In this document: piece after piece, positions 34,505-46,270 of the stretch
Position numbering within the stretch: the first letter of the stretch is position 1
How the letters are laid out: every line of letters starts with the position of its first letter
From: Cirrosporium novae-zelandiae
Lineage: Eukaryota
Direction: 5' to 3'
Assembly: GCA_026023565.1 (NCBI GenBank)
Contig: JAPETS010000023.1
Coordinates: 124,001-188,000, forward strand
DNA length: 64,000 nt
Position numbers and translations under genes: made by a program
Notes under the pieces: model-generated
Told to the model about the DNA's origin: nothing
Databases searched by the model: none
Seen by the model: only the letters and a program-made list of their open reading frames with translations

Positions 34505-36869
34505 ATGGATGTTCTATTGGGAAAGGTACGTGATATCTCCTCCACAGAGCAAAACGCTGACAGCTCACGCTTGAAGGTAGGTCACCCAACAGGCCATCAA
34601 CTATGCCATTAGGTCCGTTCATTCGTCATCCAGCCTTGCACATCATAACTGACCCCCTTATAGATCTGGCATCACTATTACAGCAGGATATGCCATTCGA
34701 CAATCCTCACGGCTCTTGAAAAATGTGGAGGGTAGCGATAGAAAAGAGCTTCAAGCTCTCCAGGAAAAACTTGATAGAAAAATCAAAATTATTGCTCCTG
34801 CGATTGATATGATCGAGCTTATAGCTGCTAGAGGGAACACTTCTCTTGAATCTGCAGTATCGCTGACAAAGGAGCTGCGATGGGAAATACAAACTCTTGG
34901 GCAGCGACTTTCCGATGCCGCGAGTGCGGAAGAGAACGCAAGGCGAGGGGGCTCCAAAGCAAAATCCAAGGAACAACATGACCGGGAGATCAAGTTGATC
35001 ATTCAGGAGACCAGGAAGCTCCTGAACCGTATCGAGGATGCTGTGCCAATGATCAATCTCGCCATTACAACATCCGGCGCAAAGCTATCAGCCAGCTTAC
35101 CGGCTACCGTATCCCCTTCTAGGTTGCTTCAAGCAAGCACTTTTGTTACTGCTGGAGATTCTAAATATGTGGTTTCACCTGGTCGCCCTGTTCAAGTTGG
35201 TCCAACATTTACACTATCGTTATACATGCTATTTGCCAGCAATGTGCGCCCACAAGACGAGGAAGGGTTTCGAGAAATGACTTGGAAAGAAGTCATGCAC
35301 AAAGCTAGGGTTAAATTACGTCGTGTACCTCTGGATCAGATGGATGAAGTTTCGATACGCAACTCGCCACAGACAACATCTGCTAACCAGGATGGCCTGC
35401 TACAGAATAGATCCAATGGCTACATAAATGGAGAAGCACGTTCAGATGAATTTGCCTATCAAATACTCATTGTAGAAGACCTAGATGACGATCGAGTTCA
35501 CACATTTGAGGATGAAGACGCTCAGCCTGGCTCATTTGACGACGTCCAACAAGCGGGGATCAGAGAGGTTGTACCAATCCATCAAATTTCCAAGATCTTC
35601 TATGCCGATACAGGAAAAATCTTGAATATTGGGGCCGACGATGTAGCCCATAACCCAATATTGCTACTTAAACGAGACGTCAATGCCATCCCACCAAGAC
35701 GCATGATGCAAAATCCCGAGGAATACAATCACTATGAAGAGGGACCTTCACTAACTAGACCTGGTGAAGAAGACAACGAAGAACAGGCCGATATTGATGC
35801 TCAGTTGCGAAGGGAATATACTCTAGCACCTCAGCCTATATCCGAATCTAGGAATGAGCCTCTGCGTGGCATGTGGCGTCTTCCAGCGGATTTAGATCCT
35901 GAATGGATGGCTTTTGAGGTCTTCAACGAATCAGAGGATTCAGAAACCGAAGACGAAGCCGAGCCCTTAGATCTAGTAACTACTCGAGACTTCTCAGCAG
36001 GTACCCAACCCCAAAGGCCTTCAACGCCAACTCGTTCATCCTCAATAGATCCCCAAATCACAACCTCCCTCTCCAACCTAGACCTTAAAGATGACCGAAG
36101 CGCCGCTGCAACCTCTTCCGGCCACAAACTCCCCCCCCCCAGATCTCCCATCCCAAGTTCTCAAACTCCTTTTCCCATCATCCGTACCTCCCTTTCCCTT
36201 CTTGAAATGATCCTTCGCCTCTGCTCCCTCCAACAATTCCAACAACAAATCCACCTAGCTATCACAGACGAACTCCTAAACTTCTTCCTCGACGAATCTA
36301 GTACCACTGGCGCAGGCGGTGATACTGACCAGCGACGTCGTCTGCGTGGTGAGGCGAGGAGGAAAGTAGGGTGGGATCCGTATGATGAGAGCCCAGTCAA
36401 GAGGCGTGGAGAGGAATATCAGTATCGCGAAGCTCCTGAGTGGGAAGGTGGAGATCGGGATAGAGGAAGTGCCTATGGACGGTACGCCGAGGGTGATGGA
36501 TACAGTGGGTGGGAGCGTAGTCCGAGCAGAGGGGGGTACGAAGATTGGGATACTCCATCTGGGCAGGGACGGCAGATCAGTCTCCGCTCCCCAACACACA
36601 CACCTAACCAGCCTCGCCTCATCAAAAATCAGCCTGGTTCCTCTCGAGGAGCAACACCTATGGCCGACGAGGGTCAAGTAAAAGGATCTCGGTTTACTTC
36701 GCCACCTACACCAGCTTCGTTGGCCCGTCAACGTGAAGTGTTTTTCCAGAGGGAAAATACTTCTGTGAAAAGGGGAAGTCCGTTGGCGAGACCGAGGGGC
36801 AGGAATACAGATGAGGGGATTGGAACGTCTCCGGCTTATCTTAAAGACCCTAGGGAAAATACGGCCTGA
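34505..36869 (+). CDS. YRB30: RanGTP-binding protein (Yrb30 family), 3 exons
   Basis: Spliced N-terminus MDVLLGK/VTQQAINYAIR/SGITITAGYAIRQSSRLLK, then PAIDMIELIAARGNTSLES, INLAITTSG, VSPSRLLQAS and C-terminal LSLLEMILRLCSLQ...ITDELL. Confidence 0.88.
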
Positions 36870-37925
36870 TGACTCGGGGTTTATCTGGGATGATGGAATA
36901 GATGGTTATTGATGAGATACCCTACGTTGTACATATTACACGTTTTGCACGTTAGTTAGATGGGTGGATCGTTGACTGTGCAAAGTGAAAGATATTACGA
37001 GAGACCCTGAGGCTTGCCCTGAAAAGTAGAGTGGTTTCCATATAATTTATTGAATGCACTTTTCAAAAACAAATAGTTGTAAAAATATTGAATCTGCCTA
37101 TTGGTATGACATACTAATAAACTCGTAGACCTATAATAATAATAATACTTTCATTCGCATTCTCTCATTCCTCCAGTCTACTCTATTACGAAGTATCAGA
37201 CCTGTTAGATGCCCGTTGTCCTAATCCTCGGGGAGCCTGCCACACACAACCCAAGGCCAGTGAGCGAGTATTTGAAACGACAAACATCCGTTAAAGAGTG
37301 AAAGGGGGGTACAGAATAATCGAGACGGCGATGAAAATGAGATATTCGAAAAAAAAAGAAATAGTTTGCAGATCCACACCCACCATTAACCATTTACATC
37401 CGGAAAAAGGCCTTTTAAGTAGGACTAAGTTTGAAACAAGAGCCTATTCTTGACCGAAACCCATGCTTGTGCACAGTATATTGTTAGAGAGAAGGGTAAT
37501 ACCAAATGAGGTAAGCGGTCCAGTCATTTTGTTCTCTGGTCTCCGACGAGCAACATCAGATCATTGTTAACGTTATCACCCGTAACCTAGCTGGCTTCGA
37601 TTTAAGGCTTCAAGCTCACCACTGCTTCTACCCTTGTCCAAGATTTACTACTGCTGCGTAGCAATCTCCACCTTTTATGCCCGATAGCCATGAAGTATCT
37701 ATGTACCTCCAGCAGCCAAGCCACTGCATAAGTAAGGAACGTTCTCACAGATTAGCCCTAACCTTGAAACGCGATGCCGGCCCCAGAGATGTTGATATCC
37801 AGCCTTTCGTGAGGTTTTGTCGTAAGAGGTCGTCAATAACCGTACGGAAGAGGTCCATGAGGCGTGCAACAGCGTTCAGTATGCAGGTAGTCGTGTCAAT
37901 CCTATAACAGCATTCTTCCAATTCA

Positions 37926-38861
37926 TCAAGGTCTTCTCAACAGCTGGACACATTTCTTCTCGAAGCTAAGCCGTTTTTCTGCAAGTTCTAACTTTTGTTT
38001 GAGCTCTAGTTCCTGTCTTTCGCGCTCTTGTGTTTCCCTGAGGTTCCTAGCTTCAATCTGGTGTCTTTCTGTTATATCCCGTATTTCTTGCTGATGTCGA
38101 TGCTCTTCGATTTCTATAAGTTGCTCCGCGGGGGTGGTTGGTGTAGTCCTTGCTGCGCTCGAAAGTGGTGTAAAAGAATATTGGCGGGGAATAGCTGGAT
38201 TGATGTGGAGGTGCTGAGGGGTACTCGGCTGGTCATTCGGCTGTGTTTGGTTGATAGAAACTTGCTGGTCATTCACTTGACCGAATGCCTGAAGGGGACT
38301 TCCTTGATCATTCAGGGACTGAGAATACCCTGTTTGCGTACTAGGACCAGCTTGGTCGGTGACATCCTCTTGAAAATCTAGACGGGGTCGTTTATTTGGA
38401 GATTCGTCCAAAGCGTGATCGTCCAGTTCTGGAACTCCATGTTGAATTAAAACTCTCTTGACTCGTTGACATTGTCGTAGATCAACTTTGACTCCATATT
38501 TCTCATGCACCTTGGTCTGGATTTCTTTGGTGGAAGTATCTTCATCAACGACGGGAAGAAGTAACGGAACATGGTTAGTGAGCCATTTCAAACTGCTCAT
38601 GGGTTGTTTCTTAACGTCAGCCGATCCGGTGCACGTATGGTCCGCCTGAAGTCTTGTAACGATAGCGATCTGTTTGGAAGGCCTCCATGTAGCATTAACA
38701 ACGAAAGGGCAGTCGTTGGAGGCACGGCATCCATATCGAACTTTTTTAGGCCTGCTCTCTTTCGCAAGGGGAACAAAATCTGCCTCGATGCTCCATTGAA
38801 TGAGGGCATCTTTAAAGGCTTGAATAGAAGAGAAAGTGTCACCTTCTTTAATAGGTGGCAT
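37926..38861 (-). CDS. MuDR/FAR1-type (WRKY-GCM1 fold) DNA-binding-domain protein without a DDE transposase core; 311 aa
   Basis: MPPIKEGDTFSSIQAFKDALIQWSI...VRYGCRASNDCPFVVNA...HTC (C-x5-C-x23-H-x-C). Followed by IQTKVHEKYGVKVDLRQCQRVK, NLS-like PNKRPR, a Q/P-rich region and a coiled coil. Confidence 0.8.
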   Translation of the reverse strand: MPPIKEGDTFSSIQAFKDALIQWSIEADFVPLAKESRPKKVRYGCRASNDCPFVVNATWRPSKQIAIVTRLQADHTCTGSADVKKQPMSSLKWLTNHVPLLLPVVDEDTSTKEIQTKVHEKYGVKVDLRQCQRVKRVLIQHGVPELDDHALDESPNKRPRLDFQEDVTDQAGPSTQTGYSQSLNDQGSPLQAFGQVNDQQVSINQTQPNDQPSTPQHLHINPAIPRQYSFTPLSSAARTTPTTPAEQLIEIEEHRHQQEIRDITERHQIEARNLRETQERERQELELKQKLELAEKRLSFEKKCVQLLRRP

Positions 38862-39087
38862 CTGCGCCGACCCAGTGAGGTAGGGATAGGGAAAGGACGG
38901 GACGACGAAATAGCTGTTGAGAAAGAATTGGTGGACCTCTGTCGTAATCGGGACCAGAATATTCGTTGGCTGTGCAGTGGCGTGGAGGGACAAGCACAGC
39001 CACAGCCACGGCAAGAGCATCAAGCCCCAATCTTCCCTATCTCAAACAATTATTTCATTGTACAGTACATACCTGCCTAGCTACATA

Positions 39088-39603
39088 ATGAAGGTCTTTT
39101 CCAAGTTATTAATGGCCCTGCCTACAAATGCAGGAGCATCATCATCCATTTTAAGCCCTGCTCCAATGGCTCTTCTTCCACCAATCCCACTGTATCGACG
39201 AGTACTCCGAGCCAACCGAAAGAAATTAACTGCAGAAATGCGCATTCTTGGAGATAGTTATGTCAAGGATGAATTTCGAAAGCACAGGGATGTGGAGAAT
39301 CCATTGTACATTGTATGTTCCTTCCTGATACCCGTCAGAAATGGGTATCCGGCTAACGAGTAACTACTCTCATCAGTTGGGATTCCTCATGCAATGGCAA
39401 CTGTACGCTCAAAAATTAGAAGGCGATTCCTGGCGAGACTCCAAGCTAGATCCTGAAGTAGTAAACAAAATGAGCGGTATGCGCCGTGGCCTTTTAATCG
39501 ATCTAAACTACTGAGCTAATATTTAACCCTGATAGACCAACAGCTAGGACAGCTCTATGAGTTGATGCAATCGATTAAGAATAAAGATGCTGGAGATAAG
39601 TAG
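39088..39603 (+). CDS. SDH7: Succinate dehydrogenase assembly factor 3 (ACN9/Sdh7, LYR motif), 3 exons
   Basis: LLPPIPLYRRVLRA...LGDSYVKDEFRKH..ENPLYI/LGFLMQWQLYAQKLEGDSW...KMS/DQQLGQLYELMQ. Confidence 0.92.
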
Positions 39604-40095
39604 CCGTAATAGATACCAAATGGTATATGTAGCCTGGAACTGACAGCATATACGGCGGTTCAAGAGGTAGGTACACCGTTTCCTTCATACGTTATCTTAA
39701 ACTTATATGTGAAAAGAGCGTATATATACATTTTAGATAGTACCCTTCAACCGGAACACTTTGAAAATTAAGTTAAGAGAGGGACTTACAGAAACGACAC
39801 AGAGAAAAAGAATGAGGGCGTTCCAATTCGATTACACCTGAGGCCACGGAACCAAGCTGGGATGCATCTCCAAGTTAGCACCCTCGCAACTAGGATTCCA
39901 GCTTCTAGATAAACTATATTCACAAGGAATCGAAGGTATTCTATTCATCCCAAATGACATCCTCTCTTTCTCTCCAGCGGGGACCATTACCATCGACCTC
40001 AACCCAAAAACCAACAACCTTACCATCTCACACCCCCTCAAACCAACCACTCCTATGGAAAAAAATATAAACAAACTTAAATCCAACCCACCACA

Positions 40096-40475
40096 TCACA
40101 TAACCCCACAACACCCAACATCCCACCCCACCCCCCGACCCCTTTCCCCCTTCCACGGATTCCCAACCCTAACCCCCCACCTCATCCCTACAACCACCCT
40201 CGTAGTATCGAAATCATACGCGAACCTCTCACATCTCGGACACCCGCCGCCGCCGCCGCCAGCGAGTCCCACAAGCTTGAAGAAGGGGGAACCGGAGGGT
40301 TGCGGGTAGCGGGAGTGGAATAGGGGACAGGCGTCGAGGGTGCCAAGGGAGTTTCGGTGGCAGGGGTGGGAGAGGACGACCCATTTGTGGGGGCAGTGCG
40401 TGCTGGTTGTGGGTTAGTTTTGTGTGGGGTGTGGGGGGAGGGGGGTTACGATTTATAGAAGTGGACGATACACAT
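40096..40475 (-). CDS. Small Cys/His-rich protein with C-terminal CC-aaX (CCGVM), 110 aa, 2 exons; absent from the ORF track
   Basis: Exon 1 40475-40450, 47-nt intron 40449-40403 (GTAACC..CTAAC..CAG), exon 2 40402-40096. Product: MCIVHFYKSTHCPHKWVVLSHPCHRNSLGTLDACPLF...GCPRCERFAYDFDTTRVVVGMRWGVRVG...DVGCCGVM*. Confidence 0.75.
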
Positions 40476-41758
40476 TGTTGGTTGATTTTTGTGTTTTGTT
40501 GCTGTTGTTGTTGCTGTATGTATGTCCTTTCTTCCCATTTATTTGATAAACAGAATGTGATATCCAATATCCACTCATTCATTTATTTATTCGTACTCCC
40601 TTCCTTCGGCATCAGAAGTTTTTTTCCCCTAGAATCCAAGGTCAAAGAAAGAGATCGATCAAGATATCTACCACAAGCTGTTGTTAATCAAAGTATCGAA
40701 TTATTTTCCAGATCTAGAATCCAAGGTTAAAGAAAGAAAGAAAGAAAGAAAGAGATCGACCAAAATATCTAAAACAGCCCTTGTTTCCCCCCCCCTCTTT
40801 TTCCACTTTTTTTTCTTGGAAAAAATTCACTCGATCCATCGATCCATCTATCCATTCACTCTCCCCAGACTCCCTTCTCTCCCTCCCTCTCTCTATCTAC
40901 GTGCGTCTAGTGCTAGAGATAAGGAGCCATATATATAAAATAACCATCAACGATTAACTCTTTTTTTAAAAAAAAAAGAAAACGCTGGTTGGACTGTTCT
41001 TTTCCCTTCCTTTTCTTTTCAGCCCCTCGAAGTTCCTAACAGCATCTATCAATAATTATAATGATAATTATAATTAATGTACAAGTTCAGCCGCTTCTTC
41101 CATTTCCACCTCCTCCCCTTCCATGCATCCACATCCATACACAATAAGTAAGTAATCTGAGATGTCTCCGGGAAGGGGGGGCTGATATATATCCTCACCC
41201 TCACCCAGACTTTGAACCTGAATTTTGAATCTGAAATCCGAGAGGCTCTTTATATCGTAATCATTGGATACCTAGGGATCTATAAAGGATAGGATAATTA
41301 ATCAATAAGTTTGAGTAAGAGTAGAGTAGGTAAGGCAAAAAAAATACATGTATGTAATATGATATAAGTGAGGAGCCTCTTAAAAGATTGGGACATTACT
41401 TTCTCTCTCTCTCTCTCTCTCTCTTTTGTTATGGTATAAATTCGGCTTTCGTATTAAAGTTCTACCCTAGAATTGTCTCAAAGAATCTTGTCCCCTCCTC
41501 TATCCATCCCCTATTTTCTAGCAAATTTAGAAGAGAAGTACTTAGGTCTTAGTTCCTTTGGCTACCTTCTACCGCGTACATTAAAATACATATTAATAAT
41601 ATTCGTAAGGGAAACAGAACTTCATAGGAGATGGATGTCCTTTTATAAATATTTTTTCTTGACGATTATGCACTACCACGGGGAAAATACTCTACTACAA
41701 TCAAGGTACACCGCGAGTCTGCATCTTTAGTTCCCGCCACACCATCCGACGAAGGATC

Positions 41759-43618
41759 TCACCATCCCTCAATCTTCTTGACCCTGACTTTTATGCCCCC
41801 TACTGGCTTAGTGGTTATTCTGCCCGTCAGGGTTGGCTCCCAGTTCGGGTCCGCTAGTTCCCACTGTCCATATCCTATCATCGCAGCAACTAACGCCTTG
41901 AGCTCTGCAACAGCAAAGTCTTTACCAATACAGCTTCTGGGACCGTGGAGGAAGGTGAGGAAGGCGTAGTTACTGCTTGCACCCCCGGCGCTGTTGGCCT
42001 TACCTGTCACGGGGTCAATCCAGCGATCTGGGTTGTATGAATGGGCGTCGGGACCCCACAGTGAACAGGAAAGGTTGAGCCCATATGGAACCATGTGAAT
42101 GTGTGTGTTGGCGGGGATGAAGTGCCCTTGGATAGTTGTATCGATGCGGGCTTTGCGGATTGTGACCGCGATAGGTGGCTGGAAACGTAATGTCTCCATG
42201 CACACGGCATGAAGATATGATAGGCTATCCAATAGCTGCGTCGTCATTGGTGGTGCACTATCATTTGTGTAGTGTGGGGAAGGTAGTTTCTCTCTGATCT
42301 CGGAGCGGAGTCTGGATTGGATTTCGGGGTGCAGGCAAAGATAGTAGATCGCCCATGTGCCAGCGGTGGATGTAGTTTCGTGACCTGCTGCTAGGAACGT
42401 CATCATTTGATCAACGAGTTGATTGTCGGTGAAATGACCGCTTTCTAGAGCCGCCCCAATGATGTCGACATCTTGTTTCTCAGTCTTGTCACCCTTCTTG
42501 TTTGCTGCGAGTTTTCCCCTCTTTCCCTCGATTAAAAGCCGACACCACGCCCGAATGATATCCACTGCTTCTATAATAACATTGTTACGTTGTACAGGGA
42601 GTAAACTAATAAGTGGCCCAGGGATGAAGAAGCCTGCGAGTTGCAGAATTTGTGCACCTTTTGTCTGGCTAAACAGCCGTCGGTATGTAGTATTGGGTTC
42701 TGTGTTTGGGTCAGCGATGGCGTGAAAATCGCGGCCAAGACCCGCTGCGCCGATGATATCGAGGGCGGCGCGGGAAAGGAAATTGGAAATTTCGATGACG
42801 TTGGATTCGGAAATTCCTTTTTCCCTAGAAGATGAAGTTTGGGCTTGGAACGTTTCCTCTATTTTCGTGACGAGTTCACAGGATTTGGACCAAAAAATGG
42901 GATAGAGGTCTTTGATGTGACGATAGGCAAAGGCGGGCATGAAATCCTTGCGTTGTTTCTATGCATGACTATTAGTAGGTGTCATTAAAAATTGCTATGT
43001 TGGTTGATATAACCTTAGTTATGACCCAGAGATAATAGGGAACATACCTTATGTACATCCCCCTCGGAAACCAATAACCCTACCCCCAGCAGCCTAGTCA
43101 GGGCGAAGGCAACCTGCTCGGTTTTGATAAAATCATAGGGCCTTTGAACAAGTACCTCACTTAGAGCTTGTGGGGAGGTAAGCATAATCCTCTCGTTACC
43201 AAATATCATTTGATATCTGACTATGCCATTGTTAGGCACTATTTCCCCCCACTGCTTGAATGGACGTCCCAAGGGTTCTTTGGCAATTGTTAGAAACTGG
43301 CCCAAGAGGAAGTTGCCTCCCTGAAGATCACAATTAGTGCAGCCAGAGGATAGTGGGATTGGAATAAATTCTCACTGGTACGGTGGGGAGATTTCTTAGA
43401 GGGCTAAGAAAGGTGGGATATAGAAATGTTTTGTAGATCATGTAGCACAGCCATTGCAGGAAGAATAGAAGCGTGGATGTGTTGGTTATGGAGCCGGCAA
43501 TAAGGTAGTTAGGATAAGTTATCTGAAGAGCTTTGGAAGTCAGAAGAGATGTAATGACAAGAGCTGTGTATGAAGAATTGCTGGCGACTGAAAATAACAC
43601 CTGCAAGGTGCTAGCCAT
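41759..43618 (-). CDS. Cytochrome P450 monooxygenase, 3 exons
   Basis: N-terminal TM and SPLRNLP. Introns near 43321-43375 and 42959-43047. Motifs AGHETT, ETLR, PDRW and heme signature FLHGPRSCIG. Confidence 0.95.
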
Positions 43619-44433
43619 ACTGAAAACCTAGGAAGAAGAGCGGAGATGTATTCCGAGGAACTGAGGAAGAAGAAAAGAAGAAGAGAATTAATATTAAATA
43701 CAAGAAGTGACGAGTAAGAAAGTAGTGAGGGAGAGGGTGTTGATAAACTGCTGTAGTATGAATGCGAAGGAACTACGGTATTGAATAGTTCTCCACTGCA
43801 TTCCCCAGATGAGGCCAATTTAAGATAACAATAGAGTACCTAGGTAGCTAATAAGTCGAAATGCATTCTATGTATTGGTGAAGGTGGAAGAAAGTAGAAT
43901 TATACGATTCCACCTATGATGCACAGTGATCATCATAAATCATAAACCATCCTAGAATGCCACGATGCCTCGGGACCTCGCACACTTTTCCTCTTTTAGT
44001 TATATAGGCGAATACAAACTAACCTCTCATGTTCCCATTGCGGAGGTGCGTCCGAGGTTTTGGATACATTTTGCAATGGGTTTTAGCAGCTGTCATAATT
44101 CTAGTAATCATCTTCAATTGCCTAGGTAATTACTCATACAGCATTTCGTCCCCAATAGTCGGTCCCTATTCAGATCGACGATTTTGGGATACCATCATTT
44201 CCAAGATGTGCAGTTATAATATCAGCGCTTCATCATAAAAAGCTCCTGCTCCTGCGCCTTGAAAATGCCCTTCTAGTGTAAAATTCCGACAAGCGCCTTC
44301 CAGACCCATTTGGCAATCAAAGCAACTGCATCGTTGCTGCTTGGAAATTCTGCAGACCATAGTAGAGTGGAGTAGTAAAAGTGAGGTATTTTGTATCAGG
44401 GCACTAAATATGCCCCAGAAAAGAGAGTAGGAT

Positions 44434-45166
44434 TTATGCCACCATTGGTTGTGTAGAGCCTTGTTGCTGTGGCGGTGGTGGAACCTAAATGGAGAAAAAA
44501 ATTAGCCGGTTTGTTAAAGATATAAGAGAGCCTCCATACGTCTAGTCTTGTATTCTCCGCCATCATTCTTGATATTCCTATGCTCACGCCTTCAATGACA
44601 GCCAATAAACAGGCACATCCAATAGCGCCGTTCCTGACCTGTCTCCATCCTCCTCTTACTGCCAACGCACCACCGGTAAAACCTCCAGCGATAACTATGT
44701 CAGGTACAGTTAGCATTCATCTAGTGTAGGTTGCAAGTGTCCGTTGAGACAAATAGTCATCACGAGAGACGTGAATCCAGCACTGCGTAGGAATAGACAT
44801 ACTAGCATTCCAAGGATCTTCCTTCTTTCTCACCCCCTTAACAGCGCAATCGAACGTAGAGAAAAGTCCACCCCAAACACCGAAGTTTCCACCCAGTACA
44901 GGGGCACGAGCTTTGATCGCAGTAATGGCACCGAGTCGTCGTTCGCCTACTGGACTGTTCCGGAAGCCTTTGACGCCATGCCAAACAGCTCCACCAATTG
45001 CCTAGATAAAAAAGTTAGCAACTAGAACACCTCGATTGCGAACTGCGGAAAATGTATGGTATAGGGACATAAAAGAATTAGGTATCTTGAAACGTACACC
45101 CATAGCGAAGGCACCACCAAAATCACTTAGCACCACCCATGGGCAAGGATCCCTGGTGTGATCCAT
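44434..45166 (-). CDS. TIM17: Mitochondrial inner-membrane translocase subunit Tim17, 4 exons
   Basis: [48 protein letters not shown]...[16 protein letters not shown]...[23 protein letters not shown]. Confidence 0.95.
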
Positions 45167-46270
45167 CCTGCCCTACTGCCGTGTTGCGGTTGACTGTTGC
45201 TGCCCGTCCTCTAGGCGTTCAGCTCAAGTCTTGCGCGATCGTAGTCTCCGGACGGTTGATATACCCGAGATCCAGAGGATAATCGGAATAGAGGATAGAT
45301 GGGGGCCACGTCCCGTCGTTGAGTAGATGCAGAGGATATTATAAGTGAAATGATAAGATGAATGTTGTGAGAATGAAAAGTATGAAGAAATGGTCCTGAG
45401 ATCAAGTTTCAAAGTTGGAGAGCTTTTCGAGATACGGATAAAAATTCTGTAGCAGTGCCATTTGATTGGTCAGTTATACGGAGACTCGGCATCTAATTCT
45501 CACACTATCTAACCCCAACCTATCTAGACATATAGATATTGTGCCTTGTGTAATTATTGAACTGGACATTCTTCAACCAGATATCTGCTTAATTTAAATA
45601 AATGTTTCGGTGCTCATTTATAGATCGATGTTATTTCTTCATTAGTTTCTTAATACATAAATGAAAGGTATGTACTTTGGAACCTCGTTGCAAACGAAAT
45701 CGGTATTTTCTGCCTGCAACTTCAGCAATGTAGCTGACCGAGGCTCTCAGTTCCAATCCTTTCGTGTACACGTTAAAGGTATAAGTGTGGGCAGTAAAGT
45801 TGCTGGATAGCACTGTCAAGTCATTCGTGGAATCGATCATTACTCGAAATCCCCGATTCCAACGCCGACGCTATGAAAATAACCACCCCAATATCAATCA
45901 CACGCAGAATGAAGAGTACTCCATCTAGGTCCCTGACCTTTGGATACAATCTTGAATCATCCTCTAAATACAAATCAACATAAATCTATCCAAACAGGGC
46001 GCCTGTCCACATTGGGGTATGAGTATTCAAACATGCTAGGTTATCCGATGCGGCGCTAAGGGACAAAGAACGAAATTCGTAAGATCATAAAGATCATAAC
46101 ACAGGCCACATATCTTAAATGCCGGCGAAATATGTACTGGGGTGCCTGCACGCCTTTATTTCAATAATTTATGGAGCATGCAAAAAAAAGACATTATAGT
46201 CCTTAGAGGCACACCAGCACCACATGGACGCCATAGTTTTTGACATGAGCATAGAAGGGTGGTCAAAAAT

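Noticed and set aside
37740..37940. Protein-like alternative frame (EDLDELEECCYRID...) overlapping the end of the MuDR-domain gene
   Set aside because: No start, clear splice entry or slippery site, and no resemblance to a DDE domain.
38862..39023. Signal-peptide-like N-terminal extension of the MuDR-domain ORF
   Set aside because: It starts at a non-ATG codon in the track and does not fit a nuclear DNA-binding domain. The ATG at 38861 begins right at the domain.
40164..40177. Telomere-like AACCCTAACCC
   Set aside because: Fewer than two repeats, and explained by codons of the small CaaX gene.
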